Assembly (NCBI GenBank): GCA_043228905.1
Contig: JBHGNT010000012.1
Span: 12,152,001 to 12,216,000, forward strand
Reading direction: 5' to 3'
Source: Azolla caroliniana
Lineage: Eukaryota; Plantae; Polypodiophyta
Length of the DNA: 64,000 bases
The position numbers and the translations under genes are program-made. Below the pieces are notes generated by a model. It saw only the letters and a list, made by a program, of their open reading frames with translations, did not search any database and was not told the DNA's origin. Each line of letters opens with the position of its first letter. The first letter of the stretch is position 1. Below, piece by piece: positions 1 to 14,100 of this stretch.

Positions 1-493
1 GGATCTCTTAAGCTTGGATCGTTAGCGACTTCCTTCATCTTTTGCCAGCTATCTTCCGGTAGCGGAACCGCAACTGGCTTGATCTTCTTATCCACCGTTT
101 TATATTTCGTGTTGATGTCAGCTTCCTTCATCAAGATGCCACGACGGTATTCATCGATGATAGCGTACATGTTGACGGAGTTAACCGAAATCACGCATTG
201 GTTGTGAAGATAGCTCAAGTCCACGACGTCCTCGATTTCGCCGATGGTGTTGTTAAATGAGGCTTCTTCCATAATATGAGTCACGAACTCCCCTTCTTCT
301 ATTATGTTCTCTTCTTTCAACATCTTCTCGAATTCTTGTATCCGGTGCTTGTGCTTCTTGTCGGGTAGTACTAGTTTACATGCGCCACTAGGTGTGACAC
401 ATGTTGCTTCTCTTTGCAATCCACGCACTCTTCTTTCTTGTGGGGTCTTGTGATTGCTCGGACTATTTGTGCCCCATGCTTCAATAGTCCGCT

Positions 494-2698
494 CTAAAAA
501 TCCGAGGATTCGCCTCCGAGACTATCTCGATTCCTTTCATGATTGGCTCGCACTGTTAGGAATTGGACCGATCTTTGGTTGTCAAGACTCTTTATTCGTG
601 CGAAGGCTGCTCCATTATCGAACACTTTGGTCTCCATCCGAGATGATGTGATATAAGGTTGCCCTAGGATGACAGGATGCGACGCCGATTCTAGTACGAA
701 GAAGTGTTGATCCATCTCCACATCCCCGATCGTGACTTTGACATTGGGACAAGCTCCGTACAAGTCCCCCGTAGACTTTGTTGCCGCGCGAATCTTCCAT
801 CCGTGGTTTGTATTGATTGGCCATCTTCCCTTTTTGTAGAAGTCGGTTGACATGAGGTTGATCTCCGAGCCGTGGTCGATCAAGGCTACGACGGTCTCTT
901 TCTTCTCCCCGATCTTCACCGGCGTCTCCGTTGTCGCTCGTGCCCAATGAGGTCGAGTGTAGTGGCTGTCCACCATATCTTCATCAATTTCATCTCTTGC
1001 CATCGTTATGGCATTCGTTTTTGCTTTCTACGGCTTCTCTTCTTCCTCGTCCGATTGTTGTCTCTTTCTCTTTACAAGGTCCACGATCGTGTCATGGAAC
1101 TCCTTCTTCGTAATGCCAAGCAATTCCCTCAAGGACAAAATTACGTGGCTATCAAGAACTCGTTCTTCGAGAATCTTCTTTAGGTCTGTCGTCTGCTCTA
1201 TGTCCGACCTTAGCTTATAGGTAGGTATGGTCCTTGTCCTCCGAGCGGGGTCTTCGACACCAACCTTCACGGGCCGAACCGTTTCTTCAACTCGTATGCT
1301 CGGCTCCCCTTTTCGGCTTGATTCTCGTTCCTCCGTTTGTAAAGGTCGACTCGTCTCCGCATCGTCCTTCTTTTTCGCGTTCCTTGTTTCATGTCTTTTT
1401 TATGTCCCTTGCTCTTCTATTCTCTTTCTCTTTTCTTCGACGACCACCTCGTGGTTGTCGCACATCACCTCTGCGAGTATGGTGTTGTCGTCCACCGGAT
1501 CCGACCACCCGGTTATGCTTTGCACGCTTCGGTCCGCAAGCTCTACCTCGTTCGATGTGATTTTTCCCTTCTTCTCATATTCGAGAACGGAGGTCCAAAA
1601 CTTTGCTCCCGCTCTAGCAGCTTCAGTCTTGTCTTTCCCGACTCTTATTCCGGCCGACGCAGCATAGTGCATCGCATCCACATGAGTCGCATCGGCATCC
1701 TCCATAGATCTCTTCATTCCTCCTCTTCCGAAATTCACCCGTAGGGGTCTTCTAGTCTCGCTTGAGCAGATCATGTTGTCCTCTATGTATACGATATTTT
1801 GTCGAATTGCCTCTCGAAGGCTCGCACAATCCCTTCTCATGTGGTCCATGCTATCGCACCACACGCATCTAAAGGGTTCTTTTCCTTTAGGGCTCCGACG
1901 ATTCATGTTGGCTAGCGTGACCTTCTCGAACTTCTTCGCTAGCTCTTCAATGATGTCGTCATCAATCTTCTTTTCTTCCACGTTACTTTGTCTCAGCGGC
2001 TCAACTACTTTCGGCGGTCTTGCTTTCTCCGTGGTAGTCGGTCCCGTCAAGTCGGTGTCATCAACCCATTGGCGACGCTTGTCGAGCCTATTGCATGCCC
2101 GCTTCACCGCAATCCAGTCCGCTACGAGCCCATTTTCTTGGGTATCATCTTCGAGAAGAGTCCCCAACTCCCATCAATCCTTTATGTCCACGGCCTTCAA
2201 GAAGTACAAAGTCTTGTCCTCTTCAAGCAACACTTGGTCCGTATTGGGAAGACGACTAAACATCTGGTCGAATTCGTCGTACACCCTCGAGACGCTCATC
2301 TTCTTATTCTTCTTCTCTATCCACTTCATCAGGGCATGTCGAGTCATCCTCGTTGAGTCTTCAGTCACGAACTCCGCTACTATCGTTTTCTCGAACTCGG
2401 ACCATGTTGTCTTACCTTCTTGAAGCTCGATAACGCGTCTTTGGATATTGTTGGCGACAACTCTCTTGAAGCTTGTGATTTGACGTGCCTCGAACACGTC
2501 CCTCTGATTCATCTCCCTCTTATATGCATCAAGGAACTTCGTAACGTTCCTTCCATCGAATTGGCCCTCGAGCTCTACGACACGATTGACAGCCTTCTCC
2601 ACGCTCGCGTCGTTGTCCCGAGATCTCATCATTTGCTCGACGATTAGCATCATCCTTTCGAGCTCTCCTGCTTGGTTGCTTGAGGACGCCATCTCCAA
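494..2698 (-). pseudogene. gag: Family A gag-protease ORF broken by premature stops
   Basis: ORFs 2174-2698, 1400-2167, 1028-1270 and 494-1003 concatenate to match the protein encoded at 55089-57289. Confidence 0.9.
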
Positions 2699-2733
2699 GT
2701 ATTAATCTCGACTTGATCCTTCCTACCACCTCG

Positions 2734-2751
2734 TTCACGTCGGGTTCACCA
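2734..2751 (-). promoter_or_regulatory. Primer-binding site, tRNA-Trp (TGGTGAACCCGACGTGAA), 8 nt from the LTR end
   Basis: 18-nt complement of the plant tRNA-Trp 3' end as I recall it (TTCACGTCGGGTTCACCA). Same motif at 50802-50819 and 55036-55053. Confidence 0.85.
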
Positions 2752-2759
2752 CTTAATTA

Positions 2760-3728
2760 TGTCGTGAAGATCCGTCACTACGCACGGATCGTGAGGCGGA
2801 ACCGCCGGGGTTCTGGACCAGAAGGATTTAGAGTCGATACAAGCTTTGGCGAGAAAGTACTTAAGATAGATTGGGAAAGAGAGAAGTTGAGATTACACGA
2901 TTGATTTGATAACGAATTTCTTCTTCTTAATTTTCATAAAAAAAACCGTGTTTTTCTCCTCCCCCTTCCCTCTTTTATAGATGCTCTCATGCATATGATG
3001 CATGTGAGGGTACAAGACATGCATAAATTGCATGTTTGCCATTTGGCGCATAAGTATTACATGTGGTGCATGCTAACCATGTCACTCATTTTAGCACTCA
3101 TGGATGAGAATTTACATGTAAAAGTACAATGATAGAAATATAATTTCAACTAAATAGCATGGCTTAATGGTAAGCCAATTGACTCCTAACTTGGAGGTGC
3201 AAGGTTCGAATTCAAACTTGCCCTCCTTGTATATGTAACTATGTATATATATTTATATATTTATTTATCTAGTCGCCGGATCCGGTGCCTCGTCGGTTAC
3301 CGGTGCCGGATGCCGCCGCCGGATCACCGGCTCCATCATCGGTCCGGTTTTGGTTGCCCAAAACCCTTTACGAGTAGCTTGCCACCTCCACTCTTAGTTC
3401 AAGTTACCTTGAACTCTCTATGCTCCACACATAGACACAAAGATAATATCTTTTGCTCCACCTTATATATGATGAGAGCTGTATTTGTCGTGCCTATGTG
3501 GGATATCTCACAATTTTCTCTTTTCTTTTCACAAACTTTATACCCTCATATCTTGACATTTAGTTGTCCATTTCTCGTGTAATAAAGTGCATTCGAAACC
3601 TCCATCATTTTGTACTTCGATATTAAAAATGTTATCTTCACAATTATTGTATTACGTGATTCATACTCGATTTCGTACGTTTTATGGGATTTTCACACTA
3701 TTGCCGAAAACCTTCACGCTTCACGACA
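2760..3728 (-). repeat. Family A 5' LTR
   Basis: TGTCGTGAAG...CTTCACGACA inverted termini. Homologous to 48411-49454, 53971-55027 and 59920-60977. Confidence 0.95.
3152..3226 (+). ncRNA. tRNA-like Pol III module in family A LTR (antisense to element)
   Basis: A box TGGCTTAATGG 3160-3170, B box GGTTCGAATTC 3203-3213, D-like stem TGGCTT/AAGCCA, CTCC/GGAG stem. No acceptor stem. Confidence 0.72.
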
Positions 3729-5578
3729 ACGGTGTAGATTTTCATCTACTTGCCTCCGATATCCCCTACGATGATCAAGCGTTAATGGAGCAATTTCATT
3801 ATGGTCTACGTAACGATGTCAAAGATTTACTCTTGACCTTTCCCGAAGAACTAAAGTCATTAACTTAAACAATCAGTCGCGTAGTGAGATGCGACAATCG
3901 CCTCTTCGAACGGCATTTGGAACGTCAGTTCCAGATGCCAAGGGCAAGATCTGAGCCTACCTACGCCTCAGTGGTAGCGAAACCTTTTCCGAGGGAGTCA
4001 TATAATGCGCCTCCAGTAAGTACTCCAACTCCGATGGAAATTGACACCACACGTCATCGTGGCCGCTATAGGAAGAAGAAAAGCAACGACACCGAGCAAA
4101 CCGACGATGTCTTTATTGAGGCTGACCAGGGCATATCGCAGTAATCTGTCCCCATAGGCCAAGAAGGCAGGTAAACCAAATAGTTGCTAGTTCTAATTGT
4201 ACTAAACTCGAGTCTATTTCAGTAGGGATATCTGATAGTCCTAATAGAACTAATAGCCCAAATCTAGTGAACAAATTTGATGTCCTTAGTCAGTTAGAAG
4301 AAGAGTTAAACGACTAAGTCCAGCCAAAATAGGAGCCGTTTGGTTGGACAGCCCTAGATCTGTGCAGCCCATTAGTGGTTCCATTCCCTCTAAGCAAGTT
4401 AGCAATGTGTTCGTAGCCCAAGTAACGGTTAGTACTAAAAGTACCCCTCTAGTACATGTCTTAGCACTTCTAGATTCCGGAGCTAATTCTTGCTTCATGG
4501 ATAGGAACTTTGCCCAAGCTCATCAGATATCACTCAGAAAAATCCCGTGTCTAGCCTCTGTAGTAGTCATTGATGGTCGTCCCATTGCTTCCAGAATATC
4601 ATAGAAGAGTCAGAGCCCGTTAATATTGTCCTAGATAATCTAGCATGTGTAGTATCATTTAATATAATTAGCATCCAAGAACACCCCATTGTTTTAGGAT
4701 TACCATGGTTCAAATTACATAACCCAGACATAGATTGGAGAACAAGAGAAATCCGGTATCGAAAAGCCCGAGGGTCTACTCATGAGATTGCAACCATTTC
4801 GCTACATCAGTTACGGGAAGAACGACGCAAGGAATAAACGTTTCTCTTCGCAATATCAGTAAAGCCTTCAGACACCATTAAAGAGGAGTCCACCGTTCAA
4901 CTTCCAAAGAAGTATCATCATTATGCCGATGTGTTCAATAAAGTACAAGCCAATATGCTTCCTCACCATCAACCGTATGATTGCCCCATTGATTTACAAC
5001 CGGGGAAAGAGCCACCATGGGGACCGATCTACAATTTGTCACCAACCGAGCTAGAAGTCTTGCGAGCCTATATAGAGGAGAATTTGGAAAATGGTTCCAT
5101 TCGGCATTCGAAATCTCCAACCGGCGCACCCATTTAAGTCGCTCGGCTTTGTTAACCTGACACTGGTGACATTTAGTCACATAGCTATGTATGTCAAGAT
5201 GCATCTTAGGCCAATAAAATTGAGTGGAGAAGAGAACGAGTGTACGATGTATTCCAAGGTGCCCTGCTGAGGGTGCATCAGGTATGCACTTCCCCTTATC
5301 TCAAGTCTTTTAGAACGGATCAATGGTGTCAGGTTCTTCACATAGATTGACTTACGGGAGGAGCCTATAACCTCGTATGGATCCGACCAGGAGATCAATA
5401 GAAGACCGCGTTTCGCACCAGATATGGGCACTTCGAGTATATGGTCATGCCGTTCGGCCTCACTAATGCGCCAACAGTCTTCCAGCACATGGCAAATGAT
5501 ATATTCCGAGATATCTTGGATGTTTGTTTGATCATCTATTTGGATGATCTACTGGTTTATTTGAAGACCCAAGAAGAG

Positions 5579-8500
5579 AACACCGGGTCATTTGAAATAG
5601 GTAATATGTCACATTCTCTTTTTCATATCTTAGTGAGATGTTAAAAAATGCCTTATTTAAGCAGAATTTCAACAAGGCACGACGCATGTGTATGTGGTTT
5701 ATGAAAACATAGCGAAAAAAAGAACTAACTAATATCACGTCAACAAAATCATCCGACGTATATTCTATCTACCATGTTTTTGTCCAAATCTTAGATAGGG
5801 GTGTATTTGTCAACACAAGTATAATAGTAACACGGGTCCTTGTGCATATTCTAAAAAACATGCCCCATTGAATAAGTGACTTCTTCTAATTATGTGTGTA
5901 TATTTAAATATAATACATCTTAAAGCAAATTGTGAACCTTGCAATTAAGAGATACTACTATGTCAAGAGAAAATTTCCATTGACACGTGATACATGACAC
6001 TGTCAATGTATAAATAAACTAGTCTACAATAACATTCCAATCATACGAGTAAATGATAGAGTATAAACTTATCTCCGATATACCCCAAATGATAAAGGAG
6101 AGTTTAGATAACATGTACACATACAAGTATACTTAATTTCTAAGTTCAATGATTGTTACACGAAAATTATAAGTAAGCTCAACTTATATATTACGTCAAA
6201 ATTTAACAATTCATATTGTTCAAAATTTACAATAAGCCATAACCATTCAATCGAATAATAAGTCTGGTAAAGCCGTCTACTCAGGATTAGCTCTTTCATC
6301 AGGATTGTCCTCATTGGCTTCGTCAGTACGCTAAGTTGAATTGTTAGTATGTTCAGACTCTGAAACGTCTTCTAATTCAACAAGTTGCCCTGCGTCTTCA
6401 TCTATAGTTCCACAAGTTTTCTAAAAGTCATCTGGAACATCTAAGTTTTATTGATATGCTTTCCCCCAACTTCTTGGTCTTGATCAGGACAACCCCATAT
6501 ACCTTGGATCCTCATTTTGATGACATTAACTTGCTCAAGGTCCTTCTCTAATGCAACAGAGTTCCTGATAATCTTTAAGGCGTATGTTTTAGTAGTACAT
6601 GACAGTAGAATGAAATTGCATAGGTAACATCAAACTGAAGAATAGAATATAACGTTAATCTAAATTGATGTAAGTTTTATATTATATACCTGTGTCAGAA
6701 AACTAATCTAAAACCCATTGAAAATTTGAAACAATAAAATTTGAAAAAATAAAAAATCTTGGATTTTTAATTGGAATCCAATGCGATGCACTAGATTTCA
6801 GTCGAATATCCAAGTTTTTTTTTTTTGTAATTTTTAAAATTTTTTCCATTAAAAAATAAAAAATGGATTTTCAGCTAAAATACTATGCACTACATTATAT
6901 TTTAGTATATATAGCTAGAATCTAATGCAATCCGTTGGATTAGAGTCGAAAATCCATTTTTCATTTTTCTTTTTCCAATGTTATTTATTTATTTATTTTC
7001 CATATAAAATAATAATAAACGGCTTTTCAACTGAAATCCGATACACTACATCAGATCATAGTCTATACAGCTAGACATTGATGCATTGCATCAGATTTTA
7101 GCTGGCAATCCTCTTTCTTTTCAATTGTTTTTCATTTTTTCAAAAAATAAATAAAAATATATTAAAAAAGTGGATTTCCAACTGAAATCTAATGCACTAC
7201 ATCGAATTTCAATTAAAAATCCAAATTTCTTTTAGGTTTTTCATAAAACAATGAGAAAATAAAAAAATATTACATTTTCAACAAAAACTAAACCATTGAG
7301 TCGGATTTGAATTGCAAATTAATGTTTTATGAAAAAACATAAGAAAAATATTGGACTTTCAACGGAAATCCGATGCACTACATTGGATTTCTGTTAAAAC
7401 TCAGTGATTTTGAACGGAAATCCGATGCAATCCGATGCAGTGCATCGGATTTCCATTGAAAATCCTGTTGAAAATGATCTGTTTTCAACGGGAATCCGAT
7501 GCACTGCATCAGTGCATCGGATTCCCGTTGAAAACACATCATTTTAAATGGAAAAATCACAATTTGTTTATTTTTAACACTTTTTTAGAGAAAAATATAA
7601 ACAAATAAGAAAATTTGTAAACAAACAAGAAAAAGTGGACTTTCAATGGAAATCCGATGCAGTGCATCGGATTTCCGTATTTTTTTCAATTCCTATATAT
7701 TTATTTATGATAAAAACAAAAACAATTCAAAACAAATTCAAAATATCTGAAAAATTGGAAACCAATAAGACAAAATGGATTTTCAATAGAAATCCGATGT
7801 AGTGCATCGGATTTCTATTGAAAACCCATTTTTTGCAATTTTTATTTATTTATTTATGGGAAAAAATGAAAAAAAATTTAAAAAATACAAAAAAATATTT
7901 TAAAATATGAAAATTTGGTAACAAATAGAAAAAAGTGGACTTTCAATAGAAATCCAATGCATTGCATCGGATTTCCATTGAAAATTCATTTTTTCAATTT
8001 CTATATAGTTATTTATGAGAAAATAGACAAACAAAATACCAAAAAAATTCTAAAAACTATGAAAATTTGGAAAAAAATAAGAAAAAGTGGATTTTCTACG
8101 GAAATCCAATGCAGTGCATCGGATTTCCATTGAAAATCTATTTTGTCAATCTTTATTTATTTTTTATAGAAAAAATTCAAAAAAATTCAAAAAATTCAAA
8201 AAAAAAAGTAAATTTGGAAAAAAATACGTAAAAGTGGACTTTCAACCAAAATCCGATGCAGTGCATCGGATTTCCGTTGAAAATCCATTTTTTCAATTTT
8301 TATTTGTTTTTTTATGGGAAAAATAAAAACAAATTCAAAAACAATTCAAAAAATAAGAAAATTTTCAAAAAAATAAGAGAAATTGGATTTTCAATTGAAT
8401 CCGATGCACGGAATTGGATTTCCATTGAAATCTAATTTGTCAATTTTTATTTATTTATTTACGAGTAAAATAAAAAATGTTTATTTATTTATTTATGGGA

Positions 8501-9515
8501 AAATGTTTTATTTTTTCAATTTGTATTTATTTATGTATTTTCGGGAAATCCATGCAATGTATCATATTTTAGTATATGTAGCTAGAATTCAATGCAATGC
8601 ATTAAAATTCAAGAGTATTTTTTTAATGGAAATTTTTAAAAAAATTCCAAGACTTACAAGAATCTGATGCATTATATCCAATTCTAGATGTATAGAGTAA
8701 AATTCGACATGTTGCGTCAAATCTAGATGGAATGAATCAGATTTCTGTACGACATCAAAGGCTTACTATGAGAATCTAAGAAAAATGGAAAACATCTTTA
8801 AGACATTTTTTAGATTCTAATGATTTTGGTAGAAAGCTTCTCTCACATAATCTAATCTTGTAAATGGAAAGTACATAATGAAATATCATAACCAAAAAGT
8901 GAGGAGGAAAGATGCATCAAGCACATCTACTCTTACATTGGATAATGTTTATATATTAGTGTATGACTTATCTTTGACCAAAACAAGTTATCTGTGACAG
9001 ACCACAATGAAGATACTAAAAGAGGATCTGGAATGTGGCTTCAGACACAACACAAAGACAAACAAGAAGCATGACTCATAAACTCGATGAGGTTGGATTG
9101 CAATTGGATCAACACAATGCATTAGTTGCCATTGATGATGAGGATGAGACCTCATAAACTCGTACTAGTTCATCTAATGGGTATGAAGATGATGACATAA
9201 ACTTGAAAAATGATTGTCCTGATACGTTAACTATAAATATTGTATTGCACATCAAGATTTGGATTCAGAATTTCTATAAATATTGGGGTTAGTCATTTTG
9301 GACATTCATTTGTAAGTTTGGCATGTCCATTATTTAGGCATTTTTTTGAACACCTAAATTTCCGTACATGTTAAAAATCAATATATTTTTGGGTCATTTT
9401 TAAAATTCCTTTACGCATGCGGCACCCCTTTTTGTGAATCACCCTAATTTGTGTCATTTTTTGATGGACAGTTCTCAAAATGCGACATATTACCTGTTTC
9501 AAATGTCCCGGTGTT
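5579..9515. mobile_element. Non-autonomous TIR DNA transposon, superfamily unassigned
   Basis: About 35-bp imperfect TIRs AACACCGGGTCATTTGAAATAGGTAATATGTC / GACATATTACCTGTTTCAAATGTCCCGGTGTT. AGAG duplicated at 5575-5578 and 9516-9519. Family B RT resumes exactly after it. No intact transposase. Confidence 0.88.
6755..8745. repeat. Array of about 45-bp palindromic units (TTTTCAATGGAAATCCGATGCAGTGCATCGGATTTCCATTGAAAA) with AT-rich spacers
   Basis: More than a dozen copies, e.g. near 7640, 7780, 7940, 8092, 8240 and 8388. Confidence 0.9.
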
Positions 9516-11117
9516 AGAGCATGATTCTCATGTACTGTTAGTACTAAAACGACTTACAGAACATGGTATTTATGCAAAGCTAGAAAAATGTAGTTTTGGG
9601 TGCAACCAGGTGGAATTTCTGGGCGATGTCATTTCCTCGGAAGGCATCTCCATGAACCCAGCTAAGGTCAAAATTGTGGTCGAGTGGCAGACTCCGCATT
9701 CGGTGCGAGATGTGCAATGCTTTTTAGGCTTTGCCAATTTTTACCGAAAGTTCATACAGGATTACTCAAAGCTCATTCTCTCACACAACTTACCAGGAAG
9801 GGACAATCGTTCGTTTGGTCTAAAGAAGCGGACATGGCTTTCAAGAGTCTTAAAAAGGCATTTACATCGGCTCCAATTCTAGCTCATTTCGATCTAGAAA
9901 AACCATTCATTATCGAAGCAGACACATCAGATTTCGCATTGGGGAGCATTCTGTCACAACGGGGTAATGGTGAGAAGCTACATCCTGTGGCTTTTCACTC
10001 ATGCAAGTTTGACGCCGCCAAAATCAACTACGAAATTCATGATAAGGAGCTATTGGCAATAGTGGACTCTTTTACACAATGGAGGCATTTTCTAGAGGAA
10101 TCCTCTCATCAAGTCACTGTATTCAGTGACCACAAAAACCTTGCCTACTTTCAAGAAGCTTGTGTGTTAAATTGACGTCAAGCTCGGTGGGCCCACTTCC
10201 TCACGCGTTTCGAATTCAAAATTACATATCGTCCAGGGAAGCACCAAGGGAAGGTAGATGCATTATGACGGCATTTGTACCTAACACCGCGTCCCGGCGA
10301 GCCAGCTTTCGATAACCAAAAGCAAGTAATCTTGGGACCGACATGACTACAAGCAACATAGGTCTTTGGCATGCCCATGGATTCCCACGTTATCGATACT
10401 ATACGTGAGGACTTGAAGACCGACGCTTTCTCCCAAGCCATTCTAGGACAAATTGATCCCTCTCGAGCATCTTGTTCACAATCGCAACCACCAGGTACGG
10501 ACTATCGGCAATTCAAATACCATGATGGATTATTATTCTTTAATAAACTCTTGTATGTTCCTAATGGTTCTTGCCACCTTCGAGTAGTCCAAAACTTTCA
10601 TGACACATATATAGCTGGGCATTTTGGTAGTATTAAAACATTAGATTTAGTACAATGATCATTTTGGTGGCCCCGTATTAGAGATCTAAGTACTAAAGTA
10701 AGCTTAAGATAAGGATAAACAAATGATAGATAGAAAGGAGAAAGAGAAAGAAGGGTGTCGATCCACCCGACCACCCCCGAGCGAAGGGATCGAGACGGAC
10801 TCGAGCCTCGATCGGCGTCCCATACCACCGTCGTGGCATCGAGTCGTACCTGGTGCTGGCGCGCTCGCTACAAGAGTTGACCCACCACAAGAGCAGAGTC
10901 TCAATGTAGTCAAAAAGATCCTCAAATGAGGGTGGCTAGGCCTCTTATTTATAGTGATACCCAAGGCCCCCAGGCAAGTTCACACTTCACCTAATGGGTT
11001 GTCTCAATCCCGAGAATTAAAAGTAATCCTCCCCTTCTTTACACTCTCGTTTAACCCTCACATTTATCCACGTGTATAGAATACTACGGTAAATTCTCAC
11101 CACGGGATATTAAATGG

Positions 11118-14100
11118 TCATGCTCGTAACATACTTCCCCTCTTTAAAACATTGCACTCTTGCAATGGAAAGTTAGGGAAATTAGTTCTGAGAGTATTTT
11201 CGCGTTCCCATGTGGCATCTTTTATTGATTTATCCATCCATTTTATTTTAAATTCTCGGATTTCTTTAGTACGTAATTTTTTTGTTTTAACATCGAGAAT
11301 TCTTTCTAGCACATGTGGTTTAGAAGATAATTCTTCAGAAGTAACCAAAGTTTCAGTTGTAACTGTATTGTCGCCAGAACCTAGAAGTTCTTTTAGACGA
11401 CTCACATGGAAGACTGGATGAATTCCAACACCATCAGGAAGAGCAAGACGATAGGCTGATGACCCAATGCGTTTGAGGACTGTAAAAGGTCCACAAAACC
11501 ATGGGGCTAACTTAGCACACTTACCCGTAGACAATGTCTTAGAATTGTGAGGTACACGTAAAAATACCTTCTGTCCAGGGTTGAATACACGAGGTTGCCT
11601 ATGATGATCGGCATAAAAACGCGCTCTATCTTAAGCTGTTTTTATATTATCTCGTGCAATATGCAACATATCTTGCATATCCCGAAGAAAGTTTTGTGTA
11701 CTTCGCAACTCATCATGATGTATATTAACATCAATTGGGGCTCGTGGCTGAAAACCATACATCAACATAAAAGGACTATATCCCGTCGACGTATGGTTGG
11801 AGCTGTGATAAGTAAACTCCAAAATTGGGAGATAACGTTCCCATTTTGTTGGTTTTGCACCAACGTATGCTCGAAGCATGTCCTCAATAATTTGATTTAC
11901 TCGTTTTGTCTATCCATCAGATTGAGGATGATCCGTGGAGCTCATGCTCAACGTAGTTTCTAACTTCTTAAAGACTTGCATCCAGAAGTCACTAGTAAAC
12001 TTTGGATCTCGATCACTCACGATATCCATCGGTAACCCATAAAAACAAAACAATTCGTCAACGAATTGGTAAGCCAATTCAGGAGCTGTTACCGTGGTTT
12101 TAGTAGCAATAAATCTGGCCATTTTAGTTAGTCGATCGACGACAACCCAGACGGCATCATGACCTTTTTGGGTGCGAGGAAGGCTAACAATAAAATCCAT
12201 GGATATACTTTCCTACTTATTATTGGGAATGTCCAAGGGATGTAAAAGTCTTGTGTCTTTAAGTCGCTCGGCTTTGTTAACCTAACACTGGTGACATTTA
12301 GTCACATAGCTATGTATGTCAGGATGCATCTTAGGCCAATAAAATTGAGTGGAGATGAGAACGAGTGTACGATGTATTCCAGGGTGCCCTGCTGAGGGTG
12401 CATCATGGCATTCAAAAAGAATCCTCTTTTTGACCTCGGGTAAATCTGGAACACAAACCTTCCCATTACGGTAGAGCAAACCGTTAGCAATGTGGAAGTA
12501 TTCCTTCGAGGATGTGGTGGTGTCTGTTCCAGACTCAACTCTTGCCCAGTATTTTGCAAAATAACTGTCATCAGGATACTTTCCTCGAAGGTGATCATAA
12601 AGATCTGATGTTATTTCAGTGAAGCTAAGCATGTTAACTTCACGGATGCGACTTAGTGCATCAGCGACAGTGTTCATGGAACCTTTGCGATACCGTATGG
12701 AAAAATCAAAGTCCTGGATGAGATCAGCCCATCGTGCCTTACGACAGGTCTTGTTGGTCACAAAAATATTTCAAGGACTCGTGGTCCGTAGTTACCACAA
12801 AGCGATTTCCATAAAGATAATGGCATCATGTTTTCAGCGCATGTGTATCTGCAAATAATTCCTTTTCTTGAACGGTATACCGACATTGAGCAGAATCAAG
12901 TTTCTAACTCTCGAATGCTATTGGTTTACCATCTTGATACAAGACATCACCTATAGCATAATTGCTTGCATCGGTTTCAACCTCAAAAGGTTTTGAAGGA
13001 TCAGGTAAAAGAAGTGAAGCAGCCTTGCAAACCAGGTCCTTGAGTTCCTTAAAGGCGAGGTCTAGTGTAGCATTCCACACAATAGGTTTTGTAGACTTAC
13101 GCATTTGACCTTTTAAAAGATCAGTAAACGGCGTCGTCAATTGGGAGTAATTACGAAGAGACTTTCGCAAAAACCCGACAAAACTAAGGAATGATCGAAC
13201 TTCTCGAATATTCCGAAGAGTGGGCCAAAGCTTGATTTTCTCAATGTGAGAAGGATCAATTTCAACTCCTCGTTCGGTTATGAGATGTCCTAGATAAGTA
13301 ATTGATTTCTTGAAGAACTCACATTTTGAGATCTTTGCATAAAACTGTTTGTCACGCAATGTTTGTAAAACAAAGCGGACATGTCTAGCATGTTCTTGTA
13401 ATGTACGGCTATAAACTAAAATATCATCCAAGAAAATAACGACAAATTTTCCAAGTTGTTCTCGGAAAATGTCATTCATTTCTTGTTGAAAAGTAGCCGG
13501 AGCATTGGTCAAACCAAAAGGCATAACCAAAAACTCGTAATGGCCATAGCGCGTACGAAATGCCGTTTTAGGAACATCGTCCTCACTTATTTGAATTTGA
13601 TGGTAGCCAGTACGGAGATCAAGTTTCGTAAAACACCGAGCTCCCTGGAGACGGTCAATTAAATCGTCAGCCCGGGGCAATGGGTACGAATTCTTGATCG
13701 TCACTTTAATCAAGTGTCGGTAATTAATACACATACGCCATGTGCCCTCTTTCTTTTTTACCAAGAGAACTGGTGCACCCCATGGAGATTTACTATAACG
13801 TATATAACCCATTCATAAATAGTCCTTGAGTTGCTTAGATACCTCATCTTCTTCGGATCGACTTAAGCGATACGGAGGTATACTTATTGGTGCAACACCA
13901 GGTACAATATCTATACGATGGTCTATATTACATTTAGGAGGTAACCCATCAGGTAGTTCACTTGGAAAAACATCATGAAAATCATTTACGATTTCATCAG
14001 GTTGTTGTTGTTCAAAATATGTTAATTGAACCGGAACATTATCGATATTGTAAATGTGAATGTCCGGATCAAGTACACAATAAAATAATGTAGAACAAGA

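Larger units (their letters stand above)
1..3728 (-). mobile_element. Ty3/Gypsy LTR retrotransposon family A, 5' part (LTR, PBS, gag-protease, start of pol); runs off the left edge
   Basis: Reverse complement of the copy at 53971-60977. LTR at 2760-3728, PBS, Gag with CxxCxxxxHxxxxC knuckle, protease-like ALIDHGSEINLM. Inserted into family B gag (flank at 3729 resumes in B gag). Confidence 0.93.

Noticed and set aside
1227-2647. Antisense ORFs over family A gag (also 51130-52326, 55364-56911)
   Set aside because: Shadow frames of a purine-rich coding strand; recurrence reflects copy similarity and no domains are seen.
3152-3226. LTR modules as true tRNA genes
   Set aside because: No 7-bp acceptor stem, a 6-nt loop at the anticodon position, and embedded in every LTR copy; reported as tRNA-like only.
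6755-8745. CRISPR array
   Set aside because: Eukaryotic context, degenerate repeats, low-complexity related spacers of about 100 bp, no cas genes.
10754-10892. Captured snRNA, 7SL or 5S RNA in the E LTR
   Set aside because: No recognisable match by eye; kept only as an unassigned structured core.
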